Assembly (NCBI RefSeq): GCF_001194135.2
Contig: NC_068986.1
Span: 110,162,842-110,206,140, forward strand
Reading direction: 5' to 3'
DNA from: Octopus bimaculoides
Lineage: Eukaryota
Length of the DNA stretch: 43,299 nucleotides
The notes beneath the pieces are model-generated. The model worked only from the letters and a program-made list of their open reading frames with translations, was not told the origin of the DNA and made no database searches. Numbering within the stretch: the stretch's first letter is position 1; each line of letters begins with the position of its first letter. Shown here in pieces: positions 1 to 10,640 of this stretch. Made by a program: the position numbers and the translations under genes.

Positions 1-170
1 GAAGAAGAAGAAGAAGAAGAAGAAGAAAACGACGACGAAGAAGAAGAAGAAGAAGAAGAAGAAGAAGAAGAAGAAGAAGAAGAAGAAGAAGAAGAAGAAG
101 AAGAAGAAAACGACGACGACGACGACGACGACGAGGACGAAGTAGAAAAAGAAGAAGAATGAGAAGAAGA
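1..170. repeat. Compound (GAA)n/(GAC)n microsatellite
   Basis: Direct reading: GAA runs interleaved with GAC runs. Confidence 0.97.
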
Positions 171-704
171 AAGATCAATAGGAAAACAGCAGCAATTGAG
201 GCTGCTGTTACTACCATTAGCAACAACAAATCAAAATAATATTATCAATAATAATAATATACGGATGCATACTCGTAGATACATATAGCCATACACTGTT
301 TTATATGTTCACATAGTACACACGCACCGCCATGAGTGCTTTTAGAATTTCATATGCAGCATAGAATATAGATTATAATGTGCGTATATATATATATATA
401 TATATATATCAAAATAAGCATCAAGGATATCCAAAGTTAATGCAGTACGATCGTTTCATGCGACTCCATTTATTTAAGCAATGTGAATATTACATCAGAC
501 GTAAAATGCAGAGCAATCCTCAGCTGCACAAAGATATAGAAATTTACTGAAAGTGCATTTCAACACAAGGACATATTTTTATAACTACATTTAAACTCTC
601 CAAGTAGAAAGGAAGAATACAAAAAAAACATTTTGACTTAGCCAGATCATGCAGGCTAGTGAATAATTCTAAATAGATTTTTAACTGTCACTGATTTTAT
701 TTAA

Positions 705-1425
705 TTCTCTCGCTCTAATACCAGCTGCGAAAGATTTCTTCTAAAAGGCTGCCAAACAAGTTTGGTATATAAAAATAAAGCTCATAGGGCGGAACATCGA
801 AACTAGACGATTTGCACGCTGTGCGACACATCATCGCGTGCGTATTTTGTCGGTTGTTATTGGCATTTCACAACATTCAGCCCTACGTGTCGAGAGTTGT
901 TGCCATCGAAGTAGGATCTAAAGTCCATCCTGCGTTCCGGACTACCATTCGTCCGGAACAGTTGGGCGAATTGCTGCTGATACGCCAAACCCATGTGCCC
1001 GGGCTCGAGTACCGTGCGCCCTTTTTGGTCCATCAAAGTTGCATTGTGGCTATGTTGCAACGTTGCGCCTTTCCCATTTGGGGCCATCGAGTGACTTTCG
1101 TTTCCTCGTTTATTAGCGCACGCAATTTAGCTCTGACAATGCATTCCTCTTCGGTAGCCCTGAACAATTGGTCCAGGGCACGTCCCACGGCTAGTATATC
1201 GGATGCATTGCCCTTACTGGGCGCCTCTTCTAAGTTCCTAACTAAATTCCTTTCTATCGCTAACCCCTTACTGAACCTAACCGATTCTACTCTAATTGCC
1301 CTTTTCAGATTAAGCCACCCTTTGTTGTTGACGATTGACCCCCTTTCACTAATCCTATAATCCGGTCTCTGTAAACCTGGCACGCAGGGAGTGCCGCTTT
1401 AAGCTCCTAGTAATCAGGCCTCTGC
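705..1425 (-). mobile_element. Tx1/L1-clade LINE ORF2 fragment: end of APE domain, linker and start of RT (frameshifted)
   Basis: Minus-strand translation across frameshifts: QRPDY*ELKAAL..VYRDRI (degenerate GPGYWKLN motif), WLNLKRAIRVESVRFSK, CIVRAKLRAL, LMDQKGRTVLEP..AYQQQFAQLF, and KSSSFDVPPYELY at 781-813 (KSPGxDGLPYEFY RT-start motif). Confidence 0.8.
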
Positions 1426-1790
1426 TTACTGTTATCAGACAGAAGAAAATTGCCTGCCCTTCTGGACCTATGGAATGCAGCAGACCGATCTTCGCTATGG
1501 ACTCGGCCGATTGTCAGATCCGTTCTACACGTGATAACAGCTGTTCAACATAACTCCACAAGTAAGTAACGGAAGGTCACTGGACGAGTGTGTGCAGAAC
1601 GGTTTCGTGACTCTGCTCGCATCTCGAGCGGGTCCGTGTGACAGCACTGCTGTGCCTGCAGAATTTATCTCGAGCCGGCAGTGCCCCCTATCCCCGGTAG
1701 CACTACCAAGCTTGGGATTTATGGAAGTTATCCATCGTCCCCGACTCGAAAGTCTTACGATCTAGATGACTCTAAGCAGTTGGTTCAGGT
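1426..1790 (-). mobile_element. Tx1/L1-clade LINE ORF2 C-terminal zf-RVT fragment
   Basis: MDNFHKSQAW*CYRG*GALPARDKF..RSRCEQSHETVLHTLVQ*PSVTYLWSYVEQLL fits the W..LP...CxxC..ETxxH...CP...W pattern of L1/Tx1 C-termini, with stops at conserved positions. Confidence 0.8.
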
Positions 1791-2182
1791 CCACATTGGC
1801 GCATTAGAGAAATCTCGTTGGTACCTGTCAAACAGTTGCAACTGGATGATCAGGTTCTTGATGTTTTTGCACCAATCTCTTCCATCAACTATTGCCACAT
1901 AATCCCAGCGTTAATCTAAGATTCCATTTCAGTCTCTTTCAAGACGCCCTCCGCCATCTTGTTGAATCGTATTTGATTCAATTAAATGGAACGCCCACTT
2001 AAATTATTTAGTGGGACGAATATGGTCCCTCTGTTGGCTAAACAACCATGAAAAAACCCAGTAACAGGTTCTTGGTGTTTCTTTTCACAACTTGGAATAA
2101 AATAATATTGCAAAACAACACAAAACCTGTTGTAAATAAATATTTTGAACTGAATTTACTAGGAGGTATTCCGTAGCAAATA

Positions 2183-2210
2183 TTATAATAATAATAACAA
2201 CAACAACAAC

Positions 2211-2254
<44 letters not shown>

Positions 2255-2260
2255 TAATAT
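2183..2260. repeat. (AAT)n/(AAC)n compound microsatellite
   Basis: Direct reading. Confidence 0.95.
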
Positions 2261-2689
2261 AAACAAAGTTAGAAATATACTGGAAGGGATTCTATTCATC
2301 ATAAAACGTGTAGTTTATATTATCGATATCGGGACGATTAACGCAATGCTGACTTTATTCTCAGAGCATAGAGTGTCGGGACAAATATCGTAGAATATTT
2401 TATTTGATGCCTTAAGTTTCTTCTGTTATAAGGACTAAGCCGAGAACTGTTGATTACATCGACTACAGTATTAGTCAAATACTTTACTCTATCCGTCACA
2501 GAACGAGAGATAGTGAAATCTCTTTTGGTGGGATTCGAACACTGAACAGTGAAATACTGCAATTTGACCGTCACTTGTAGGTTTTCGTTCTCCATTGGGA
2601 TTAATTTAAATAGTGATATTTGATCTTTGTATGATTCCTTCAAGTTTGAAGAGCTGTAGAGTTTCTTACATCGACAATGCTTGATTGAC

Positions 2690-2810
2690 TGGTGAGACAG
2701 TCGGTTAGCAGAATCGTTACAATGACTTACAAACGCAGTCGTGAATGCCTCTTCTCATTGTGACCTGAGTTCAAATTCCCTGAGCATTTCATCCGACTAA
2801 GAACAATAAA
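2690..2810 (+). mobile_element. Degenerate family-A SINE head
   Basis: TTAGCAGAATCGTTA (A-box-like) and CTGAGTTCAAATTCC (B-box) match the family-A copies elsewhere in the window. Confidence 0.5.
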
Positions 2811-2941
2811 TTGAATAGTGGAGTCAGCGTTTTCTGTATTTCATTTTTCATTTATTTTTTTCTCCTTGCACCTTCCTTGATATTCATTATCTCTATCATC
2901 TTCTCCTCCTCCTTTTGCCCTTGTTCTTCTCTTCCTCATGT

Positions 2942-2970
2942 CGTGGTCGTCGTCGTCGTCGTCGTCGTCG

Positions 2971-3058
<88 letters not shown>

Positions 3059-3134
3059 NNNNNNNNNNTTCTTCTTCTTCTTCTTCTTCTTCTTCTTCTT
3101 CTTCTTCTTCTTCTTCTTCTTCTTCTTCTTCTTC
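2942..3134. repeat. (GTC)n(GTT)n - 10N gap - (TTC)n microsatellite
   Basis: Direct reading; gap at 3059-3068. Confidence 0.95.
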
Positions 3135-3254
3135 CCTCATTTCAATAGAAAAGAAAGTAGTACTTTATAACGTAAGACACTTTATGGACTCAACATTTCC
3201 CAGCATGGTATTTTTTTTAAATGTCTTTACTTTGTCAGTCCCGGAATGCTAAAC

Positions 3255-3450
3255 ACACCACCACCACCACCATCCTCACACCACCACCTACAACAACAGC
3301 CCCCGGCAACAGAACTAACGCTTTCACTGCCACCACCAACATCGCAACCATCACTATCACGACCAACAGAACCACAACCACCACCATTATTACTACTATC
3401 ACTACAACCATCACCATTACCCCCGACCACCACCACCACCACCACCACCA
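3255..3450. repeat. Degenerate (CAC/ACC/AAC)n low-complexity tract
   Basis: Direct reading; explains the poly-T/P/H ORFs. Confidence 0.85.
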
Positions 3451-4156
3451 TTCTTGTGCATATTAACATAACTTATATTTTAAAGAATGTCAGAGAATAC
3501 TTGAAGCCAGTGTATCCATTTCACTACAGAATCAGCCATAAATCGCCATTCATTGAAATATTAAATAAAATAAATATTATAGTCAGATATAATGGCGGTT
3601 ATCTACAGAGCAAATAACTGTTTCCAAATAAGTGACTTTATTTATTTATACGATTGAGAGATGGAGAGAGAGGGGGGGGAGAAAGAGGAAAGTGAGAGTG
3701 AGAGAGAAACGGAGAGTGAGAGAGGGAATGAAAAGACACAGAAACACACAAAGAAAAGAAAACAAACAAGCAAACAAACAAGCTGCAAAAAGCAAATCTA
3801 TGTTTATTGAAAAATCATGTCTATTGATATTCGATCATATGAAGCGAGTGTCAGAAACATACGGTAGTGAAAATATAATTGGAAGAATATTTAACAGAAT
3901 TGTTGGTGTAGTAAAGCGTTTCGGAATCCTGGTAATAGAAGAGGTATGTCGTGACATAAATCTATTCCGGTTGCTATTATATAATCGGGGTTTGATGTAA
4001 AGAAATACAAATGTTTGCTTGCTTATTTACTCACATTAAACTCCATTTTTAAAACATTAATAAACTTGTTTATCACTGTTGTTGTTTTGTTTGAATTCAA
4101 CCCTCACTGACTGACCTCTCTCTGGCGTTCAGGATTGACCACACACACACACACAC

Positions 4157-4206
<50 letters not shown>

Positions 4207-4419
4207 TCAGTAATATACATATATACTTATGTGTGTATGTATCCATATATATACGTATACATAATCATGAGTTAGAGGTTATGCAACCGCCTAAGGAATA
4301 AATGTATCCGTAAGCACTACTGCTGTGTTACCTCACTATATATAGGCCTTGCTAACAGTAGTTGGTAATTTAAATGGTAAAACTATGTTTAATATATTCA
4401 GATAAGAAAATATATGTGA

Positions 4420-4680
4420 TAAAGATTGTTTGCCAACATAACATGGCAGTCTTAGTTTATGACTAATGTTGCTGTAGTTTAGCCTAGGAGACATCGTCTC
4501 CAGCTGGCGATACACAGATATTGTTCTGAGCTGAGTGAGGGTGCTAGATTCCTTTGTTCGAAAATATAAGTACATAGATCGTGCCGTATAGCCAGCTGGA
4601 GACGATGTCTCCTGGGGCTAAATTACAGTAACGTTCGTCCTAAACCAGGACTACCATGATATGGTGGCAAAGAATCTTTA
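4420..4680. repeat. Long imperfect inverted repeat (foldback/MITE-like), ~95-bp arms, 72-bp spacer
   Basis: Arm 4420-4513 is the reverse complement of 4586-4680, with a perfect 23-bp core at 4486-4508 vs 4591-4613 (AGGAGACATCGTCTCCAGCTGGC). Confidence 0.9.
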
Positions 4681-5214
4681 CTACAAAGTACTGTTGCTGA
4701 ATATCTTACGTGGTGAGATTTGAAAATAGTAATTTTCTAAGAAAATATATTCCTTATATTTCTTATCCGATTATATTATACGTAAACATATGCACATATA
4801 TGCATACATATATATTTACATGCATACACACACACAGGCAAATATACACACATATGCTTATACAAGCTAAGGGAAACAACTCAGAGTCGTAAGGGCATGT
4901 GTATGATGAACAACATAGACACATAGACAAATAAATGTAGGCCAAATAACATAAGACCTAAATCCTTGCTTTAATAATATCTCTCTTTCTGGACGTTTTT
5001 ATAGTAATTACCAAATAGCAACTTCGGGCAGCTCCATATGAAAAAGGAGAGATGACATCAATTATGAAGAATTCTGCAGCATTGAAACATCATGGGCTTA
5101 TTGTCTGGAGATAACAGTTGAGTCGCAGACGAGTGCAGACGGGACTCGTGCAAAGCTATCTCCAGCAGGCAAGGAGCATAAACGTATGCAAAAAGAGTAA
5201 AACACAGGCACACA

Positions 5215-5215
<1 letters not shown>

Positions 5216-5275
<60 letters not shown>

Positions 5276-5488
5276 NNNNNNNNNNNNNNNNNNNNNNNNN
5301 NNNNNNNNNNNNNNNNNNNNNNNNNNNNNNNNNNNNNNNNNNNNNNNNNNNNNNNNNNNNNNNNNNNNNNNNNNNNNNNNNNNNNNNNNNNNNNNNNNNN
5401 NNNNNNNNNNNNNNNNNNNNNNNNTATATATATGCATACATCATATATACATAGACATGAATATGTGTGTGAGCCTCTGTATGTACAT

Positions 5489-5536
<48 letters not shown>
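5216..5536. repeat. (CA)n and (TA)n microsatellites around assembly gap 5276-5424
   Basis: Direct reading. Confidence 0.9.
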
Positions 5537-5542
<6 letters not shown>

Positions 5543-5695
5543 GTATATGCATGCTGGGTAAGTCCCTTGTGGTATGTTGATAAGGCACGTTCACTACTTA
5601 TGATTAACTGGCGTCATCCACGATGTTTGCAATCGTGTCTGGATCTCCATTTAGAAATTCGTCAATGCACGTTGATTATAATAGAAGCAACAGAA

Positions 5696-5788
5696 TATAG
5701 GGGAAACTTTATCGCTCACAATGATATTTGCGACCCAGCCTAGGAATGTGTCGAAACGATCGTTGTGATCAATAAAGTTTCCCATATA
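5696..5788. repeat. ~90-nt hairpin (34-bp arms, 15-nt loop)
   Basis: 5701-5734 pairs with 5750-5783; the outer 12 bp GGGAAACTTTAT/ATAAAGTTTCCC are perfect. Confidence 0.85.
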
Positions 5789-6106
5789 CTCCCATTTTCG
5801 CTACTGTCATTTCCAATACACCCCCACTCACACACATGTATAAGTATAAATCTACGAAAGTTCTTAACAGATTTGGTAGGATTTTCGTTTACTATAAAAA
5901 CCCGGCAACCTTACTCTGCAGATAAATTCTGAGCGTAAAGACTCAAAACAAACATCGCAAATATTTTGTGCAGCTCGCTAAGGATGATTCCGATCCACAG
6001 CCATAAATACTGTTCAACAACATTTTCACTAATAAACATTGAAGCAAAGAAAACCTTTACTCAAAGACGCTAACGTTCTCTAAATTGATTTATAAAGCAA
6101 AATGAA

Positions 6107-6411
6107 GGCGCCTGGCTTAATGGTTAGGGCATTTTTTTCACAGTCGTGAATTCAATTCCCAGCGGCGCGTTGTGCCTTTGTGCAAGACACATCATTTCTC
6201 GCTGCTCCACTCAGCTCTAAAATAATGAGTCGTACCTGTAATTCAAAAGGCCAGCGTTGTCACATTGTCTGTCAAGCTGAATCTTCCCGAGAACTACGTT
6301 AAGGATACACGTGTCTGTGGAGTGCTCAGCCAATTGCACATTAATTTCACGAGCACGCTGTTCAGTTTATTGAATCAATTGGAATACTCATCTTCGTAAC
6401 CGACGGAGAGC
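6107..6411 (+). mobile_element. tRNA-derived SINE, family C, near full length
   Basis: GGCGCCTGGCTTAATGGTTAGG A-box, GAATTCAATTCCC B-box, then TTGTGCCTTTGTGCAAGACAC (V/Meta-like core by recall); related copies at 17.5, 33.2 and 34.0 kb. Confidence 0.8.
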
Positions 6412-7161
6412 TAGGCCATAAATTAATACTTAGGCTGGTATTATCATCTATTTATTATTACAAAAATGCCCTCCTTATATTTGTGTTTGTTGGATATACG
6501 TACGTGATTTTATGCCCAGGCGAGGAAAATATGTCTGATGTTGAGTCTCAGGTAGACTAATGTAACTCCGTATGTTACAAATGTTATTTGTAACATACAA
6601 AATCTAAATCTTATCGGCACTGCTTAGCCAGATCTCCTGAATACGGTGACTAGGAAAGAGGGAGGAATATATTCCCGAACCAGAAATCTTGCAAAATAGT
6701 GGAATCCACCAATTGGTGGTGTTTGGTTGGGTAACAATTTAAGTCTATTATCCAAGTTGGTCAGGAGTTGAAATTAGAACGCAAAGAACCGGAAATATAC
6801 GACAAGAATCCAGTTCGATATTCTTACCGTTCCAGTGATCACACCCCTTGGGTTCGTACATTTTAACGATCCCAAATGCAATAGTAGTGGTATGGTGAGG
6901 TGGAGGTCGGGTGAGGCATGCGCTGTAACAGCACGTCGCTGCATTCCACCATTTTGTTGAAGAGACCCTTCGGGCGAATAATTCCTTTGTGAAAATGCAG
7001 GAACTCTAAATCTGATCTCGGAAGGCTTTGAACTAATTAAACCTCGGTGAGATTTGAACTCAAAATGTTAAAATTTATGAAATAGATAACATGATACGTT
7101 TTCTGTTCGATGATCTAATGACTCTTCCCTCCTAAATATGACGGTGTGCCTATTGTTGTAG

Positions 7162-7242
7162 TCTATTTGTTTCAGTCATTAGATCGCGGCCATGCTATAA
7201 CATTACCTTCAAGGTTTTAATCAGGCAAATCGATTCCAGGAC
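7162..7242 (-). mobile_element. Family-B SINE 3' half
   Basis: Reverse complement reads GCATGGCCGCGATCTAATGACTGAAACAAATAGA, matching the 3' end of the 15019-15537 copy. Confidence 0.7.
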
Positions 7243-7306
7243 GCAGGTCACCAATGTTAGACGGACAAACACAAATACCAAAATACGCACAAGAAACAAC
7301 TGCAAA

Positions 7307-7307
<1 letters not shown>

Positions 7308-7368
<61 letters not shown>
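7308..7368. repeat. (TATC)n microsatellite (also at 13912-13960 and 28820-28875)
   Basis: Direct reading. Confidence 0.95.
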
Positions 7369-7662
7369 CCAAAATGCATATATATATACCTTTCTTTTTA
7401 TCTGTCTGCCTACCTGTCTGTCTGTCTGTTTGTGTCTATGCATGCATGCAAACACACACACACACAAACACGTGCGCGCATACACAGGGGTACAAATTCA
7501 TACATGTATGACAGTTTTCCAAACATCTTTTGTTTACCGAATTCTCTTATAATACATTGCTGTCCTCTCAGCATACCTATGACTGATACATACATACATA
7601 CATACATACATACATACATACATGCATGCATACATGCATACATTCATACATACATATCTACA

Positions 7663-8100
7663 TACACCCACGCTGAATTATTGAGAAATCTACAGCTTTT
7701 TTACTCACATTACAAGTCCAGGTTTATACCTGTAATTATTAGGACACGGTGTTATGTAACACACTAAGTATCAACCTTGAGAAATTGGGCTTCTCAGAAC
7801 TAGAAACAGTGAAGCTGATTCAAAGACTACACATCTAAGCCATCACTGGAAATGGTAAAGTTCTGTAAAACTTTCCAGAAGTTTATCACATGAGCATGTC
7901 TAGACATGCAAGTATGTGTATGAGGGGACATACGTAAAACAAAACATACAATTCTGCGCATGCGCTGACTCTAAATATTGCACATATATACACATAATGC
8001 AAACAAACCCTGTGATGTTGTTGAAATTCCAATGAAGGGGCCTTAGACCTAGGTTAGAAACCCGCCCTTTCTCTATAGGCAAAAATCTTGAAATAAACTT
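7663..8100 (+). mobile_element. 5'-truncated R4-like RLE LINE: ORF C-terminus plus 3' UTR, between (CATA)n and (CA/CATA)n tracts
   Basis: YTHAELLRNLQLFYSHYKSRFIPVII..NLEKLGFSELETVKLIQRLH..FCKTFQKFIT* parallels the C-terminus of the 21781-23925 element (NIETFDF..TMKICETF); 3' UTR has a stem at 8034-8041/8064-8071 and AATAAA at 8092. Confidence 0.75.
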
Positions 8101-8102
8101 CA

Positions 8103-8144
<42 letters not shown>

Positions 8145-8444
8145 ACGCTGTGTATTTAATAGATGTAAGTGACCTTGAGTTTATATTGAACGTATGTGCC
8201 CTTGTGTCTACATAACTGATATATGACTTTGTTGTGTCTAATATATAAGGTCTTCTGTCTATGTTAACAATGTGTGGCATTGTGTTTATGTTTAGAAAGT
8301 ATTATTATCCAAGTCTATCAATAAATTAGAACACATTTCATCGTTTCACTTCATTCCTATTCAATAACATCAGTGGCTTCGAAATTGTATTAGGAACAAG
8401 TCTGATAAATATTTTAACTTTATTGATAAACAATCAAGCAGTAG

Positions 8445-8590
8445 CCTCTCTCTCTCTCCCTTTCTCTCTCTCTCTCTCCCTTTCTCTCTCTCTCTCTCCC
8501 TTTCTCTCTCTCTCTCTCCCTTTCTCTCTCTCTCTCTCCCTTTCTCTCTCTCTCTCTCCCTTTCTCTCTCTCTCTCCCTTTCTCTCTCTC
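8445..8590. repeat. (CT)n tract with a 20-bp higher-order unit TTTCTCTCTCTCTCTCTCCC
   Basis: Five exact units at 8461-8560 plus partial flanking units. Confidence 0.95.
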
Positions 8591-9309
8591 GTTCTCCGCC
8601 TCTCTCGCTTCGTTTCCTCCCTCTTCCTCTCACCCCTCTCTCGTTGTTTTCTCAAAACACTTTCAATGCCGGCGCATTATGGCCCTGTCATTTCCCATTT
8701 AGACTCGAATAAACAACACACAAAGAATGAATCAGGATACTTTGAAGATTTTTGGAACATATTTTCAATTAGAATCCAATAAAAACAAATGTGTATTGAT
8801 TGATAGACTAAATTCTAATTATATTGTCTAATTACTTCTGTGTTCCATCAGAGAGATTTTAGATCTCACCAGTTTCACTGTTGGCACCAGAATCGTTTCC
8901 AAAGATTCTTATAGAGATATTCAAGATGACAGAACAGTGGATATTGTTTGTTATCATCCATGTTACTGTTGCTGGCTGTGTGGCTGGTGGTACTTTTGTT
9001 GTTATTGTTGGTACTCAGGTCAACTTGAATCCAGCATACTTAAGACACTACATCCTGATGCACACTGTTAGAAAGAACAGGCAAATTTCCCTCAAATCAC
9101 ATTTTACCAGTTAACAAAAGTGAAGAAAAACATTTCTGAATTTTGATAACATAGACTGCAATACTTCCAGAAAGTTGGGATGGTCAAGTAAGGGTTATAC
9201 TCATTGGTGTAGTGGATGAAGTCTAACCAGTGACTGGTATTAAACAGGAACATTTGAGGTTAGAAGTCACAATAAGCACGAGTTAAAATATGTATAAAAT
9301 ATATAGGTT

Positions 9310-9712
9310 AAAAAATGGTTGAATGATTATTGAACTAGTTTTGTAACTACGTGGTTTCGGGTTCAATCCTTCTGCATGTCACCTCGGGCACCTGTGTTCT
9401 ACTATAGCCCTGGGCCGACCAACGTTTTGTGGGTGAACATGGGAGACGGGAACTGTAAGGAATCCTTGTGTATATATGTATGTGTGTGTTTGCGTCTACA
9501 CTTTTCATCGCCACGCTTGAGGACCGCTGTTCGTTTATTTTTTTTTGGTTTTTGTTTCCGTAAATTTTCAGTTCGGCAGAACACATCGATAGAATAAGTA
9601 AAATTCTTAAAAAGAAAAAGTAAATACTGGGTTGGTTCGTTTAACTAAACTGTTGAAGGTGATGCTCCTGCATGGCCACAATCCAATGACGGAAACAAGT
9701 AAAATAAAACAA
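9310..9712 (+). mobile_element. Family-B SINE, diverged full-length copy
   Basis: GGTTTCGGGTTCAATCC B-box, CTACTATAGCCCTGGGCCGACCAA, internal (TA/TG) tract and 3' GCATGGCCACAATCCAATGACGGAAACAAGTAAAA are colinear with 15019-15537. Confidence 0.8.
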
Positions 9713-9959
9713 AAGAACATATAGCTGCTCATCTTTGATAAACTTGAAGATTTCATATAGTTGTTGTTGTTTTTCTCGGAAGAGCTTTGATCACATAAAG
9801 TACGACAGAGGGTGAAAAGGCATTTCAGCAGCAGTGACTTTCGCCCCTTTTAATTGCTTGGTGTAACGTAAACGAGATTTGGTCGTTATTACTTGAATGT
9901 CGCATGATCACATGGAAACACCCTCTTTGATACGAACCTTTTCTATTATTATTTTTAGA

Positions 9960-10170
9960 TAAGGCAACGTAGTGGCAGAATCGTTAGCACACCGGACACA
10001 ATGCTTAATGGCATTTCGTCCGTTTCTATGTTCCACCAAGGTCGACTTTGCCTTTCATTCTTTAGAGATCGATAAAATAACAGTGTAGCATTCGGGTCCA
10101 TGTATCCGACTATTCCCCTCTCAGCCAAATTGCAGGCATTGTGCCATAAAAGAAAGGATTCTAATATTCG
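9960..10170 (+). mobile_element. Family-A SINE
   Basis: TGGCAGAATCGTTAGCAC head and GGTCGACTTTGCCTTTCATTCTTT...GATAAAATAA core shared with 40872-41082. Confidence 0.8.
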
Positions 10171-10344
10171 GATATAACACTTTTATTCTGATTTCTATTT
10201 CCGTCTGAATTTATTACAGAATTTATTAAATAATTTTTATGATGTCATATTTAACATTGATATTAAATATGCATTTGCTCTCATTGGATATTGTTTAATT
10301 AAAGCTATGTTTTTCTGTATACTTCAACATATTTTATTTTTTGA

Positions 10345-10520
10345 AGTTGGCGAGATGGCAGAATATTTGGTGCGTCGGACCAAATACTTGGCCGTATTTC
10401 TTCTTGTCCCTTGCGTTCTCAGTTCAAATTCCGCCGAAGCCAGCTTTACCTTTCATCCTTTAATGAAATACCAGTCAAATAATTGGATCGATGTAATCGA
10501 CTTGTTCTCTTCCCTGAAAA
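10345..10520 (+). mobile_element. Family-A SINE
   Basis: GGCGAGATGGCAGAAT head, CAGTTCAAATTCCGCCGA B-box, TTTACCTTTCATCCTTT, GATCGATGTAATCGACTT. Confidence 0.8.
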
Positions 10521-10534
10521 CAGTTTGACCTTCA

Positions 10535-10640
10535 AACCTGCAACGGACCGGTGTTCCGTTCCAGGGAATGTTGTCATTTTTGTCACTTGTACGCCATGCA
10601 AACCGAGAAGCCGGCCTTATTAGTCCTAAGACTCCGGGAA
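10535..10640 (+). mobile_element. Family-C SINE 3' portion
   Basis: CCTGCAACGGACCGGTGTTCCGTTCCAGGGAATGTTGT aligns with 33330-33375. Confidence 0.5.

Noticed and set aside
812-1360. 182-aa plus-strand ORF; likewise 35127-35681
   Set aside because: Antisense shadows of the Tx1-like ORF2 and ORF1.
2030-2185. Possible LINE 3' end before the (AAT)n tract
   Set aside because: No coding remnant and no second copy in the window to support it.
2811-3617. Long poly-V/L/N/E/H/T ORFs here and at 25168-26188, 30282-30672 and 41421-43058
   Set aside because: They are translations of trinucleotide microsatellites, open in several frames and on both strands.
3863-3928. Small symmetric exon-like segments: 3863-3928 (-, 66 nt), 13226-13261 (-, 36 nt) and ~29352-29417 (+, 66 nt)
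   Set aside because: Open and bounded by AG/GT, but too short to distinguish from background and with no recognisable motif.
5058-5594. ORFs spanning N-runs (also 11813-12451, 19489-20185, 32718-33131)
   Set aside because: They are open only because of Ns and dinucleotide repeats.
6107-6180. tRNA-like A/B boxes as tRNA genes (all SINE heads)
   Set aside because: No complete cloverleaf, and each continues into a SINE body.
8874-9089. Strong minus-strand acceptor/donor pairs here and at about 14050-14189 and 39915-40007
   Set aside because: Stops occur in all three frames; they could be non-coding exons but cannot be told from chance splice-like motifs without RNA data.
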